DNA from: Pristiophorus japonicus
Lineage: Eukaryota
Direction: 5' to 3'
Assembly (NCBI RefSeq): GCF_044704955.1
Contig: NC_091984.1
Location: forward strand, 106,392,001-106,456,000
DNA: 64,000 bases
Part shown: piece by piece, positions 12,442 through 26,002 of the stretch
Numbering within the stretch: the first letter of the stretch is position 1
Layout: every line of letters begins with the position of its first letter
Notes under the pieces: model-generated
Database searches by the model: none
What the model was told of the DNA's origin: nothing
Seen by the model: only the letters and a program-made list of their open reading frames with translations
Made by a program: the position numbers and the translations under genes

Positions 12442-13995
12442 GGGCCCAAGTTTCCACACGCGCCTAGAACGGCGCAGTCCCGACCTGGACGCCTGTTTTT
12501 CGCGCCACAAAGTGCGCCTAAAAAAAATCCTCGGTATTCTCCACCTACTTGCAGGTCCTCTGGCCCTCGGCGCAGCCAGCACGAGCTGTGGGGGGGCGGA
12601 GCCAGGTCCCTGCGCTGAAAACAGTGCCGGGACCTCTGCACATGCGCGCTAAAGTGGGCACGCAAGTGCAGTAGCTCCAGGTGCCGAACTGTGTGGGAGG
12701 GGCCCGAAGCACGCAGCCCCTAACCCTGGCTGAATGGCCTCACTGGGCCTGCGTGAATAAGGCTCCTCCCGCGGCCAGCTCCTGCTCTCCCGCCCCCTCG
12801 ACAAGACCCGACACCCACTCTCCCCCCCCCCCCCCCCCCTCCGCACCAGACCAGACCCGACACCCGCTCTCTCACCCCCCCCTCCCCCGCCTCCGGACCC
12901 GACCCGACACCTGCTACCCCCCCACCCCGCCTCTGGACCAGACCCGCCCCCCCCCCCCCAACTGACCCGTCTCGACCCGCGCTCCTGTTCCCGCTCCCCG
13001 CCCCCCCGACTGGACCCGACCCGACCCTACCCGCGCTCCTGTTCCCGCTCCCCGACTGGACCCGACCCGACCCGACCCGCGCTCCCGCCCCCCGACCTGA
13101 CCCGACTCCCGCTCCCGGACNNNNNNNNNNNNNNNNNNNNNNNNNNNNNNNNNNNNNNNNNNNNNNNNNNNNNNNNNNNNNNNNNNNNNNNNNNNNNNNN
13201 NNNNNNNNNNNNNNNNNNNNNNNNNNNNNNNNNNNNNNNNNNNNNNNNNNNNNNNNNNNNNNCTCTCCCTCCGCCCCCCCCTCCCTCCCTCCGCCCCCAC
13301 CCCCCCCTCCCTCCCTCTCTCCCTCTCTCTTCCCCCCCCTCTCTCTCCTCCCCCCTCTCTCTCCCCCCCCTCTCTCTCCCCCCCCCCCGACCAGAACCGA
13401 ACCTCCCCTCCCCGACCCGAGCCAACCCAACGCCACCTACCTGTAAATCTGGTGCTGGGGACGGGCCCTGCCCGAAGTCTCGGGCCGGCCCGTTCAGCCT
13501 TCGGTCCCGAAAGGCCTGCCTGAAGCACTTTCACACAGGTAGGAAGATGGTTTATTTAATCTTTTCTTTGCTTATAAATGTTTATTCAGGTTGGATTTAT
13601 TTGTATAATATTTGTATAAGTATAAATAAGGATTTATTATAGAATTTAATGACTTCCCTTCTCCCCCCCCCCCCCCCCACCTCGTTCTGGACGCCTAATT
13701 TGTAACCTGCGCTTGATTTTTTAATGTGTAGAACAGGTTTTTTCAGTTCTACAAAAATCTTCACTTGCTCCATTCTACTTTAGTTTGGAGTACGTTTTCA
13801 CTGTGGAAACTTTGAAATCAGGCGTCAGTGGCCGGACACGCCCCCTTTGAAGAAAAAATTCTGTCCAAAGTAGAACTGTTCTACCTGACTAGAACTGCAG
13901 AAAAAAAAATGAGGAGAATTGCAATTTCTAAGATAGTCCGTTCTCCACCAGTTGCTCCTAAAAATCAGGCGCAAATCATGTGGAAACTTGGGCCC
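12442..13995 (+). mobile_element. Non-autonomous Harbinger element with internal GC-rich minisatellite
   Basis: Perfect 17-bp TIR GGGCCCAAGTTTCCACA...TGTGGAAACTTGGGCCC with TSD TAC/TAC. Internal (CCCGA)-rich array spans an assembly gap. Confidence 0.92.
13121..13262. other. Assembly gap (N run) inside a C-rich minisatellite
   Basis: Run of 142 N; the true array length is unknown. Confidence 0.99.
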
Positions 13996-15041
13996 TACAT
14001 ATCTATAGAAGCTTTTACAATCTGTTTTTATGTCCCTTGCTAGTTTAATCTCAAGTTATCTTTTCTCTTTCTTTATCAATTTCTTGGTCATCCATTGCTG
14101 AATTCTCTAATCCTCCCAATCCTCCGGACTCCTCTTTTTGGCAACATTATAAGTCTCTTCCTTTAATCTAATACTATTTTTAACTTCTCTTGTTAGCCAT
14201 GGTTGGACTACTAATCCCATGGGGTTTTTATTCCTTAGGGGAATGTATTTTTGCTGTGAATTATGAATGCATTCCTTAAATCTTTGCCATTGCTTATCGA
14301 CCGTCATATCTTTCAATCTAGTTCCCCAATCTACCTTAGCCAACTCGCCTCTCATTCCTATGTAGTTTGCTTTGTTCAGATTTAAGACCCTAATTTGGGA
14401 CTCAACTAAATCACTCTCAAACTCAATATAAAATTCTGTCATATTATGATCACTCTTCCCCAGAAGCTCCTTTACAACAAGGTAATTAATTAACCCTTTC
14501 TCATTGTACAATACTAGATCTAAAATAGCCTGTTCCTAAGTTGGTTCCGTGACATACTGGTTGAGGAATCTATCTTGAATGTATTCCATGAACTTGTCCT
14601 CTACACTATTACTGCAAATTTGGTTTGCCCAGTCTATATGAAGATTAAAGTCCTCCATGATTACTGTATTACCCTTGTTACATGCAACTCTAATTTCCTG
14701 ATTTATACTCTGCCCGACACTACAACTATTGTTAGGGGGCATATAAACTACTCCCACCAGTGTTTTCTGCTCCTTATTTCTTAGTTCCACCCAAATGGAT
14801 TCTAATAATTCATTTTCCGAGCTAAGATCCTTTCTTTCTACTGTCTTTATTATCATCCTTTATTATCAGGGCTACCCCTCTTTTCCATTTTGCCTATCTC
14901 TTCTAAAAGTCAAGTATCCTGGAATATTTAGTTCCCAACTGCAACCATGTCTCCGTAATGGCTACTAGATCAAATTAATTTATTTCTAATTGTGCTATTA
15001 ATTAATCCTATTTTTGCAAATGTTTCACCTACTCAGATATA

Positions 15042-16417
15042 GGGCTGGATTTTCGGCTCATTTGCTCCTCGATTAGCACCCCGGTGGAGCGTTAAATGCT
15101 GTTTTTGGCCATTATGCCAGGCGTCCGGGATTTACTGTCCGGCCGGAAGATTTGGCTATTGGTTTGCGCCGGCACAAAAACTTACCACCCCGCCCTCCGT
15201 TTTTAGCGTGATGATGACGTCAATCGTTGTGCAATGCTGCGCCAGCACCCCGGATGGAACATTCAGCCTTAACGCCTCATTTAACTTCCTCCCCAGGAAA
15301 TGCCTGAAAAAAACAGGCGGTCCCAGGGTGTGGCATGCGGTATTGGCAGCATTTTTAAATGGAGGGATGAGGATCCTACATTGCAGGTCATATTGACTAC
15401 AATGGTTGCACACATTGTGTGAAGCTCCAACTTGCAATCTTCATTTTTATCTGCCATTACAGTGCCCTTACAACTTCAGTGAGAAAACTTAATGGGGTCA
15501 TTACTAGTTTGCCAGCGTATCATGCTCCATGCTGTTGCCAGGCGGTGTCAAGCTAGAGGAAGGACTATTGGTCATGTTGGCCCATGAATGATAGAAGGCC
15601 GAAGACGTCCGAGGAGGCACGGGTTTACAGACACCAACGCTCAGACCTCTAATTCTCTGAGGAGCAGTTTGTGAGAAGACTGCGCTTCCGAAAGGAAGTA
15701 CTGACAGAGATATGCTATCTCCTATTGGCAGACCAATGCCTGGACTGCTCTGGAGGCAGCCTTCAATACTCCCCTCAACAGGTATCCGAATTCATTGTAG
15801 TGTGCTGCATCTTGCACAGCTTGGCCATCATGAGGGGCCAGGCATTGTCAGTGGGGATTTCATGCCCACCTCAGGAGGAGGAGGAGGAGAACGATGACGA
15901 CAAAGAGCCTGGCGAGGCCCCTATTGGATAGCCACCCCATCCACGGGGGAGGCAGTATGGAGATGCCGGACCAACATTCGCACGTCGCTAGCTTGTAATG
16001 GACTGGCTCTCCTGAATGGAGGAAACTGAGGGATGAAACTGAGGGACACGCTATGTGCCCCCATAAAGGCACATCTCCGGTGAACGTTGGAATGATGCAT
16101 AAGACACCAAAGACAAATGATGAGTCATAAATTTTATTGCAACAAATTCACAAAAACACTCCCCAGCAAAATAAAACCATACAATATACTACGTTATGTT
16201 GCAGGGCACTAAACAACAATTAAACTTCTTTACCGCCGCAAGTTTCGGCTTGGGCGCACAAAGTCCGTTGTATAACGCCTGACTTAACGCCAACGCTCCT
16301 CCAATTTACATTTTCGCTGAAACTTGCAGTCGGAGGCGCAACCTATTTTCAGGTGCTAACTTTTAACATCCCGCCGCGATTAACGCCTCAAAATCCAAAA
16401 ACCCCAAAATCCAACCC
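15042..16417 (+). mobile_element. Internally deleted Harbinger element retaining N- and C-terminal transposase remnants
   Basis: TIR GGGCTGGATTTT...AAAATCCAACCC with TSD ATA/ATA. The remnant FSEEQFVRRLRFRKEVLTEICYLL is fused directly to CLDCSGGSLQYSPQQVSEFIVVCCILHSLAI, so the DDE core is deleted. Confidence 0.88.
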
Positions 16418-17242
16418 ATAGAACCTTTAGCTTTAACTGTTTTCTATTTTTCCCTGATGACGCCTTAGTCTCTAATGCTCTATATCCTTTGTTAAGCTCT
16501 CTGTCCCTTCCTGATCCAATCTGCTTATTTTTACCCAAATCGCTACTCTGCTCTACAGCTTTGACATTTCTCTTAATGCTTTTGAAATTACCCTTTCCTG
16601 AATCCTCCCCCCCCCCCCCCCCCGCCCCCATTCGTTTAAAGCCCTAGTTATTCAATTTGCCAGGACACTGGCTCTAGCCTGGTTTAAGTGGAGTCCGTCC
16701 ACTTAAAGGTATTAATTCCTTACTAGGGTGAGAATCACCTTTATTCATATATGAGCCTTGACAGTTTCAAACTTTTTATAAGGGCGGGCATCACAGCCCA
16801 ATTTTTGTCTCCACTTGAGACCCACACGTATGCTTTCATCACTTTCTAGGGTCACACATGAATGATCGCTTGGGTGAGGTACCAGAGGATGACTGGCATT
16901 TAAGAACCATACTTAAGCAGGAGTGGTATTGAAGTGATAAGAGGCCAACAATTTGAGAATGTTATTATTGAAATACTGTTTGTATTGTAGTGCATAACGG
17001 CAAATATAAATAACCAATTGGCCTGGGCAGGTCTAATGTTTAAATTTCCAAATAGATTTAAAAAGTGACTTTAAAAATATTTGTGATGGAAGGACTTGTT
17101 GGAAAGTACAATGGTATTTATGATCAGATTTGTCCTAGTGGAATTAAATGTAAGTCATTTTTGCAAGTTTAGTGTACTAATTGTACCGCTAGCACTTCTA
17201 ACCAGCGAAACAACTTCAGTAAATTAGTTTTTTTAATTGCAG

Positions 17243-17322
17243 GATTTGGTAGTCCGGTTAACAGACGATATAGATCCATTTTTCCTTTATAACTTGATAA
17301 TTACAGAAGAAGATTTTCAGAG
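17243..17322 (+). CDS. SASS6: SAS-6 coding exon 3 (PISA motif)
   Basis: ttgcag| DLVVRLTDDIDPFFLYNLIITEEDFQ(S) |gtaagc. 80 nt. Confidence 0.97.
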
Positions 17323-18217
17323 GTAAGCAATAGTTTACATACATATTTACTATATTTAGTGATGCTCTTATTTTGATATAGTGCAGTTTGTTTAAAGATT
17401 ATATTTTTCAGCTTGACTGTAGTTTAATGCCAAGAAAAGCATGCTACACAAATTACAATGTGCTATGAGGGAGCACTTCCTCACTTGTTCAGATTCCAAA
17501 TAGAAATAAGAATTGCTGTTAATCGTAGCATAAAGTCACATAGAAACACTGTCTCTCTCTAAAACCTTACACTTCGGTGGTGCTGCTTAGATATCTTCAT
17601 TTACTCTTTTGTATAGAAGGCTTTATTTTGAATCCTGTTCATCATTCTTTTTCTCCTGAAGCAGCCTCGACTGTTTACTGTTTTTTGGTATCTCCGTGTT
17701 GTAAAACAGTGTAGTTTGCAATGTATAGTTCTTAGTGCCGTAAATGTTTTTTTAAAAGGTTAATAACTGTTTTTTTAAATTTCAATCAACTTTGGAAAAG
17801 TTGTTTTGGCTGCTGATCTACTTTTTTTATTAGCACCTCAATATTTGACTGCAATTCAATCAACCTAACATTGGCTAATGGCAGCTCCTCGTTTCATGAT
17901 GTGTGCCAAATGCTATAGAAGGTTTCCAGTGATATGCTCAAGATATATTGCCTTCCAATAGTGCTAAAACCAGAATTGTGCAGCCTGCTTCAAACTCAGC
18001 AAAAGTGTTGGGTATTACATTTCCAGTAAACAAGAACGTTCAGGCTCAATTCTTTTAACTGCAAAGAGAACTTGAATAGCATTGTAAGAAATGGCAGATT
18101 AATGTTTCATCTTTTAGATTGCTGAACATTTATGATTGTTGTAAATATTTGAGGTAACTTAAATGTAGTCTGCAGTATTTAATTGATAATTTTGATTTAT
18201 CATGTCTCCATTCATAG

Positions 18218-18322
18218 CTTAAAACATCAGCAGGGGCTCTTAATAGATTTTTCTGCATTTCCACAAAAATTTATAGACCTTCTACAGCAGTGTATCCAAG
18301 AGCAGAGCAAAGATGTTCCGAG
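18218..18322 (+). CDS. SASS6: SAS-6 coding exon 4
   Basis: ttcatag| [34 protein letters not shown](R) |gtgagt. 105 nt. Confidence 0.97.
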
Positions 18323-19404
18323 GTGAGTGGTGTTTTGAAATGTGCAGTATAGCTGCAAGGTTTGACTTTTTTCAAAGAATAAAAGATTGATGTTGCAATA
18401 TAAATTTCATTTAATACCAGAATTAGTCTAAAGAATGTTCACAAGCAATACAATGTGTAAAATATATATGTTTTTAAATGTGTGTGTTGAGATGGTAAAA
18501 GACAGAACTTATGTTAACAGACAGAAAGAAGGTAAAAGAATAAGTGTAACATTAAGAATAACTATAATAAAGAACCATACCATGAAAATGTATAAGCAAA
18601 GTATAAGATGAAGTAAAATAAAGGTATCTTCAATAAGCAATTAGGAAGGGGAGGAAACCAGATATATGTCGTTGTACTGCTGGCATGGCGTCTGGCGGGC
18701 GAGCCTAAATACCCCCACCGGAGCTGTGCATGCGCACCCAATGTTGCAGCTGTGCATGCATCCAGCCTGAACCACATTTCCTCCAATCAGAAATCTGGTC
18801 CAGCCCACTAGTGTTGCAAATCGACACAGCCTTCGGTTACTCCGGACACTGCTTACAAAAGGAATATAGATGAAACCTGAGGCAGAACATCATATTTGGC
18901 AATGTTTGTCCAGTACACACTGCAACAGTCTGCAGAGTTTAGCAATAAATAACAAAAACCTTAATAGTCAGCCATTTCAAAGAGTCCAATGGTAATGATT
19001 AGGATTCAACTGAACTTCATGGTGTCTGTAATACATTAAAAAAGTCCAATATGTCCAGACTATTTGGCAAGATCAAAAGACATGGAGTAGCGTACCCACA
19101 TTCCTGCTAGCAGCCCCTTGGCTATTGAGGATCTTGAGCTAATCCTCTTGTCAGCAACTACAAATTATCGCCTTAAAGGCTATTGCACAGGTATCCTTCA
19201 ACTAAGTTCTGTCTTCAGATCTCTTTCTCGGGTCTAAGAGAAGTTTTTTTTTTGTTTTGTTTCATTTACTTTGTGAGTATCATTAACAACCCAGAGTTAC
19301 TGAGCTGTAATGTGCTGGAACTATATCTGAATGTTATTTCTTTACTCCTTTTTTTGTAAATTAAATTTAGGCAAATGTAGTATAAACACTTGTGTGTCTT
19401 CCAG

Positions 19405-19576
19405 ATTCCTGCTGCAGTTAGTTTCTTCAGCACCAGTATTTGACTATACACCTGCCTACTTAAATGTTGTGGAGACCAATGCTTTCAAACACTTGAATCA
19501 CCTTTCTCTAAAATTACTACATGGAACAGATGTGGAAATAAAGAAATACTTAGCTACCTGTTTAAAATGTATAAAG
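19405..19576 (+). CDS. SASS6: SAS-6 coding exon 5 (head-head interface, ETNAFKH)
   Basis: ttccag| [57 protein letters not shown] |gtaaga. 172 nt. Confidence 0.97.
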
Positions 19577-19779
19577 GTAAGATGTGTTTTGTATGTGCTC
19601 ATACAAAGAAATGAACATTTTTCACAAAGGTAAATACAAATGAGGGAGGTCACCTGGACATCAATTATTTCAGAGTATTTGTCCCCACTACCGGAAGACC
19701 TTTCCAGGTATTCATCACCGTTTGCATAAAAAATTGCTTCTTGAAATCAGTTCTGAACTTGCCCCTTACCTGTTCGTTT

Positions 19780-21100
19780 GTTTAATTCATTCTTGAGATG
19801 TGGGTGTCACTAGCATGGCCGGCATTTATTGCCCATTATTAGTTGCCCTGAGAAGGTGATGGTGGACTTTCTTCTTTGAGCGGTTTGATACAACTGAGTG
19901 GCTTGCTAGGCCACTTCAGAGGGTGGTTAAGAGTCTCGTTGGTGTGGACTGGCATCATAGGGCCCAATTTTTCCCAACCCCTTTTTTCGGCGCACATACC
20001 CTAAATGCGGCGACTTTGTGCGCTGGAAACGGCACCGAAAGAAAGTGGCCCCATCCTGCCCGCTCTGCCAAGTCTCTGGTGTACCTGCGTGGCGTACAAA
20101 GTGCAGTGGGGGGGGGGGGGGGGCGGAGCAACAGCCCAGCGCAGAAAACATTGCCGGCAGCTGCGTGCATGCGCAGTGGAGTCTGCGCGCATGCTCCTCG
20201 TCCTCCCAGCATGTCCTGCGGGCTGTGAGCAGGACCCTATCCCTGGCCAAGTGGCCTCCCGCACAGGCCGACCGGCCCGCTGACTTCCCGGGCCGAGGTA
20301 GGACTTGAGTTTTATTTTTTATTTATTGATGGTTGTGCTTTGTTTAATGAGGAGAGTTTTGATTCGAGGGAGGGGGAGGAGGAGAGTTTTGATGGGGCGG
20401 GGCGGGGGGCAACTTAAAAGAAATCTTGTTTCTGGCATAAAGGTAGGACTTCTATTTTTTATTATTGATTGCTTATTACTTTTTGTGGTTTGTTTAGTGC
20501 TTTGTAAGTCTTGGTGCAGGTCCTCTCAGCTTCCTTGCATTTTTTATTATTGAATGCTTATTTTTGTGCTTTTGTTTATTGCTTTGTAAGTCTTGGTGCT
20601 TTAAATGTACTAACCTGCGCCAAATTCTTAACTGCCCGCAATGTTTTTCAGAGCTGGCCACATATGCTGACCTAAGTCGATTTGGAGTAAGTTTTAGCTG
20701 GCCAAAGTGGCATAAATTGCCAAAACTGATGTAAATGGCTGGGAATGCCCCCTTTTGGAAAAAAAACTCAACTAAAAAAAATCGGACCCAACTGAGTTAC
20801 TCTGGAGCAAGTTTATTGAGAAAAATGGCGTTTTTTAACTTACACCAGAAAAACCAACTTGCTCCAAAAAAATTGGAGCAAGTCATGGCCAAAATTAGGT
20901 CCATATATAGGCCAGGATGTCAGGTTTCCTTCCCTAAAGGACATTCGTGAACGAGTTTGATTTATACAACAATTCGACAGCTTCGTGGTCAATTTTTCTG
21001 ATACCAGCTTTTTATTTTCAGATTTCCTTTTTGAATTTAAATTCTCAAAATTCTATTGAACTTGCATTCTCTGGAGTATTACTCCAGGTCTCTGGATTGC
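19780..21100 (-). mobile_element. SINE-like repeat (possibly Meta-domain type) split by a Harbinger MITE
   Basis: Minus strand reads GTTCACGAATGTCCTTTAGGGAAGGAAACCTG...GACTCTTAACCACCCTCTGAAGTGGCCTAGCAAGCCACTCAGTTG and is collinear across the 19960-20902 insert. Family assignment is from memory of the consensus. Confidence 0.55.
19960..20902 (+). mobile_element. Non-autonomous Harbinger element (MITE)
   Basis: TIR GGGCCCAATTTT...AAAATTAGGTCC with TSD ATA/ATA. The right arm resembles the reverse complement of 47100-47340. Confidence 0.85.
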
Positions 21101-21101
21101 T

Positions 21102-21690
21102 CATCATCATAGGCAGTCCCTCGGAATTGACTTGCTTCCATTCTAAAAATGAGTCCTTCGGTGGCTGAACAGTCCAATACGAGTACCGCAGTCCCTGTCA
21201 CAGGTGGGACAGATAGTCGTTGAGGGAAAGGGAGGGGTGGGACTGGTTTTCCGCATGCTCTTTCCGCTGCGTTTAGTTTCTGCATGCTCTTGGCGATGAG
21301 ACTCGAGGTGCTCGCGCCCTCCCGGATGCACTTCCTCCACTTGAGGTGGTCTTTGGTCAGGGACTCTCAGGTGTCAGTGGGGATGTTGTACTTTATCAGG
21401 GAGACTTTGAGGGTGTCCTTGTAACGTTTCCTTTGCCCACCTTTGGCTCGTTTGCCGTGAAGGAGTTCTGAGTAGAGCGCTTGCTTTGGGAGTCTCGTGT
21501 CTGGCATGCGAACTCTGTGGCCTGCCCAGCGGAGCTGATCAGATGTGGTCAGTGCTTCAATGTTGGGGATGTTGGTCTGGTCGAGGACACTAACATTGGT
21601 GCGTCTGTCCTCCCAGGGGATTTGCAAGATCTTGCGGAGACATCATAGGTGGTATTTCTTCAGCGACTTGAGGTGTCTACTGTACATGTA
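21102..21690 (-). mobile_element. RTE LINE 3' fragment
   Basis: (ATG)n tail, C-terminal zinc finger TICPTCDRDCGTRIGLFSHRRTH, and LRWAGH..RMPDTRLPKQALY. Confidence 0.9.
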
Positions 21691-21724
21691 CTGGATTGCT
21701 AGTCCAGTACTGAACCCCTAGGTA

Positions 21725-22490
21725 TGACTCCAGCCAGTGGAGAGATTTCTCCCTGATTTCTATTGACCTCAATTTTACGAGGGCTCCTTGATGCTACACT
21801 CAGTCAAATGCTGCCTTTATGTTAAGGGCAGTAACTCTTGCCTCACCTCTGGAATTCAGCTCTTTTGTCCATGTTTGGACCAAGGCTGTAATGAGGTGTG
21901 GAGCCAAGTAGTTCTGGCGGAACCCAAACTGAGCATCGGTGAGCAGATTATTGGTCATCATCATCATCATGGGCAGTCCCTCAGAATCCACTCCTGAAGT
22001 GAGTTCTTTGGTGGCTGAACAGTCCAATACGAGAGCCACAGACTCTGTCACAGGTGGAACAGATAGTTGTTGAGGGAAGGGGTGGGTGGGACTGGTTTGC
22101 CGCATGCTCTTTTCGCTGTCTGCGCTTGATTTCTGCACACTCTCGGCGTTGAGACTCGAGGTGCTCAGCGCCCTCTCTGATGCATTTCCTCCACTTAGGG
22201 CGGTCTTGTGCCAGGGACTCCCAGGTGTCAGTGGGGATGTGGCACTTTATCAGGGAGGTTTTGAGGGTGTCCTTGTAGTGTTTCCGCTGCCCACTTTTGG
22301 CTTGTTTGCTGTGAAGGAGATCTGAGCATTTGCTTTGGGAGTCTCGTGTCTGGCATGTGGACTATGGTTATTGGTAAGTGCCATTTGATCGCACTGTCAG
22401 TGACACTTTCCATCACTTTGCTGATGATTAAAAGTAGGCTGATGGGGCAGAATTGGCCAGATTGGATTTGTCCTGTGGATGGACATAATC
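21725..22490 (-). mobile_element. CR1/L2-group LINE RT fragment interrupted by an RTE 3' fragment (~21955-22365, minus)
   Basis: NLLTDAQFGFRQ...ARVTALNIKAAFD and PISLLLIISKVMES flank an RTE piece that has a (ATG)n tail. Confidence 0.75.
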
Positions 22491-22829
22491 TTAACCATGT
22501 GTGTATTGTAACTAACAAAAAATGAAACACTTTTGTGAAAGATGGATTATGTTATTAACCGTTGCTGGTCAGAATGCATACAGGGCTAAAATTAGATTCA
22601 CTTTGCTGAATCTGTAGCTGCTAATGTTCCTTTATAGCCTATGCTGAGCACCATAAAGTCTAGATTTTGTGCAAAAGGAATAGCATTAATTCCTATTCTG
22701 ACCATGCTCTACTGAACATTCTGGGCAATACTGAACGTTTCTATTTCTATAGCAAGATCTAAATATTGCAAGTTTTCCACTATTGACTTAATAGAAAAAC
22801 CTGTTGAACTCTTTAAATAGTATGTTTAA

Positions 22830-23020
22830 GATAGAAACAAATAAATTAGGTGCAGGTGTAGGCCATTCGGCCCTTTGAGCCTGCACCACCATTCAATAAG
22901 ATCATGGCTGATCATTCCCTCGGTACCCTTTTCCTGCTTTCTCTCCACACCCCTTGATCCCTTTAGCCGTAAGGGCCATATCTAACTCCCTCTTGAATAT
23001 ATCCAATGAACTGGCATATT
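22830..23020 (-). mobile_element. CR1 3'UTR fragment
   Basis: Reverse complement of the CR1 3' ends seen at ~40.7-40.86 kb and ~43.6-43.77 kb. Confidence 0.8.
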
Positions 23021-23592
23021 GATCTATATGTTTGTCTTTGACGTGTTTATGGTTCTATAAGATTTTTATATAAATGTAATCTGATTTGTTACAAACTCTT
23101 CCAGGAAAATATCTATGCTGGTTTTGTCAATACCATGAAATTGGTCTTTAAGCATTACTTTAGACTGCCATTCTAAAATTATACTGCACAGTTTGATGCT
23201 AGTTGTATTGCTTACCAAATGCATGTAAAATGATTACTGCCATAAAATAAATTTTAAAAAAAAATCTTATTCAGCCTGTTAGGTTTGACAGAGTTTTTTC
23301 TACCCATTAACCCGCCTTTTGTTTAGCCATTGTCCTTAATTTCTATAAAAGTATTAGAGGTGTCGGGGAAAGAAAGAGACAGACAATCAGCTTGCTTCAC
23401 CTGAATTGTGCTTTGTGCCAGCTGTTCACATAATGGTGTTGATGGTACATGAACAGTTCTACTATCGGGCACTGTTGCTTGGAGGACACATTTGAGTCCA
23501 GGGAATAGTGGAAAAGAATGAACAGGCATCTCTCTGTTTGCTTTTATCACATATCCAAGTCCCAATTCACTTACTATTTCCTCTGTTTGTAG

Positions 23593-23670
23593 GATGAAAA
23601 GTTGTTGTTGGAACAAAAGTTTAGAAAAACTGAAGAAGACCTTACCAGGCAATTAAATTGCGCACAACAG
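23593..23670 (+). CDS. SASS6: SAS-6 coding exon 6 (start of coiled coil)
   Basis: ttgtag| DEKLLLEQKFRKTEEDLTRQLNCAQQ |gtacat. 78 nt, phase 0/0. Confidence 0.92.
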
Positions 23671-24804
23671 GTACATTGAACTTTCACCAATTAGATAGTG
23701 GTCAGTTTTCAGAATCTTACTGAATTTTCACTTAACGTCTTTGACATATATTGCAGAAGACTTTTGCGTGATTTATTTAGCCTTGTGTACATTAATCATT
23801 TCCTTCAATTCCCCAACTTCAAAAATCTCTGGAATGTAATATAATTTTGCATAATTCAGTTTAGCAGAATTGTAAGTTAAAAATAAACTAATCAGTAAAA
23901 TCGCATAGTTTATAATTTAGAATGTGTGTTTATTGGTAACTGCAATGAATTCCTTCGAGGGTATGTTATTCTTTAATCGCCTTCCCTGTTTTTCTGACTT
24001 CTTCTGTTTATTAGGTGGCAATAAGACAGCAGTAATAAGGTTTTTCATGAAACTTATCCCAGTCGCTAGAATAAAGAAAGACTTACAGAAGTTGTACTTC
24101 TGATCCCTCCAGGCATACGTGACTTTGGTTGCGAGCGAGTGGATGAGCTGCTTCCAAGCTTCTTCTCTACTACTCTTGAGCTGGTCACTAGGAGTTAAAT
24201 GAAAGTGGTCTGGTAATAACGACCCTTCCATTTTTTTCTCCTTCCCTCTGGGTAAGTACCTGGGCTGTGCTCTCTATAACAGCATAGGCTAGACTTTCGG
24301 CACATCATTGTCCATTTAACGCCCATATAAGTACTGAGATTCAGGCTATCGCCCATATTTGATGATAAATGGAAACTAGAGCCCGATTATTGCCCATTTA
24401 TCACCGGTGCAACTTTCAGCATACAGGAATGAGCTGCATCGCCCGGCCTATTTATAAAAAAAAAAATGACCCCATCCTCGTGCAAGGCACAGAATGGAAT
24501 TTATAATGGAAATGAGCACCCGATTATTGCCGAGCACTGCTTTTGACATTTCACCCATAATTCGCCCAAATGATCGCTAGCTCAAAAAGACGCTCAAGAA
24601 AAGCTGCACTCACCTGACCTTAACTCAGTAGTATGGACGTCATTTTGTAACTCGGAGAATCTTTAATAAAAAGCTGCTTGAAGTGGTTGGGAGGAGAAGT
24701 AATTCATGAGTGATTTTAAGGGCGTTTTTGAATCTTGCCAATCATCTAATCACATTGTATTTGTTGAGGACAATTTAAGAAGACAGATTAGGGCATTTAT
24801 AGTG

Positions 24805-26002
24805 ATGGGACCTGTCATTTCTCAACCAGTATTTGATGACTACACACATGCTGCAGATTAGAGATGGGAGAAGGTTCATTGAAGAGCATTATGTGCCCAA
24901 TCCAAGAGGTGGCAGACTGCTGAGGAGGAGCAGATGTTACACCCAACACATTTATAGGGATAAGTAATCATACCTGTACTTGTCCGATAACACATGCATT
25001 AGAATGCTGCGATTCTGAAAGGATGTCATCAGTGAGATATGCCAGTTAATTAAGGGAGATCTGCAGCCTACCAGCACCATCAGGATCACACTGCCCGTTG
25101 AGGTTACGATTACTGCAGCGCTTTCCTTCTACGCATCGGGCTCCTTTCAGGCCTCAGCTGGCGACATTTGCGGTATCTCTCAGCACGCCACACATTGCTG
25201 CATTTGACAGGTGACTGAAGCCCTTTACGCATGCAGGATGGACTTTATAAACTTCCCTATGACCAGGGAGGCACAGAGTGAGAGTGCTTTGGGTTTCTCG
25301 AAAATAGCAAACTTCCCCAAGGTGCAGGGAGCAATAAACTGTACACACATCATCCTGCGCGCACCTTTACAGGATGCAGAGGTGTTTCGGAACCGAAAGG
25401 GATTCCACTCCTTGAATGTGCAGTTCGTTGTCGACTACAAGCAAATAATCATGGCAGTAAATGCAAATTTTCCAGGGAGCTAACATGATGCGCACATCTT
25501 GCATGAGAGCACTGTCTCTGATCTGTTTAAGAGCCAGCCACAAGGTTACGGTTGGATGCTGGGGATAAAGGTGATGGCTTTGCCAGCTGGCTCATGACCC
25601 CCCCTGCATAAGCCCCAGACAGAAGCTGAGAAACGCTACAACGAAAGCCATACAGCCACACGCAATATCTTTGAAAAGACAATTGGAGTTCTGAAGCAGC
25701 GCTTCAGATGCCTGGACCACTCAGGAGGCAACCTACAATACCACCCTGAGCAGGTCGCTGAATTCATTGTGGTGTGCTGCATGTTGCAAAACCTAGCTAT
25801 CAGGTGAGGACAACAATTGCCAATTAGGACTGCCGGTCCACCTCAGGAGAGAGGGGAGGAGGACGAGGACCTCGGGGAGGGCAATCAGCCTGGCGATGAA
25901 CCCATGCCCCCACGCACGCCCACACCACTGGAAAAGCCCCATGGTAGTTACGCAGCTGTAAAACTGGTGCATCAGCAACTCATAAATGAACACTTTGCAT
26001 GA
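24805..26002 (+). pseudogene. Harbinger DDE transposase (HARBI1-like family), inactivated
   Basis: FPKVQGAINCTHI (catalytic D changed to N), FRNRKGFHSLNVQ, FPGS*HDAHIL, EKTIGVLKQRFRCLDHSGGNLQY and VVCCMLQNLAI. Several stops and frameshifts. Confidence 0.92.

Larger units (their letters stand above)
10682..16700 (-). mobile_element. Long CR1 LINE (APE + RT ORF2, decayed) split by two Harbinger insertions
   Basis: 3'UTR at ~10.7 kb, RT motifs QHGFMKGKSC and YLDFQKAFD at 11.6-12.3 kb, and endonuclease motifs SDH and ESIWVEL at 14.1-14.9 kb. The sequence is collinear across the inserts. Confidence 0.9.

Noticed and set aside
24805-26002. Domesticated HARBI1 host gene
   Set aside because: Stops, frameshifts and a mutated catalytic Asp, and it lies within TIRs next to a Myb partner, so it is a dead transposon copy.
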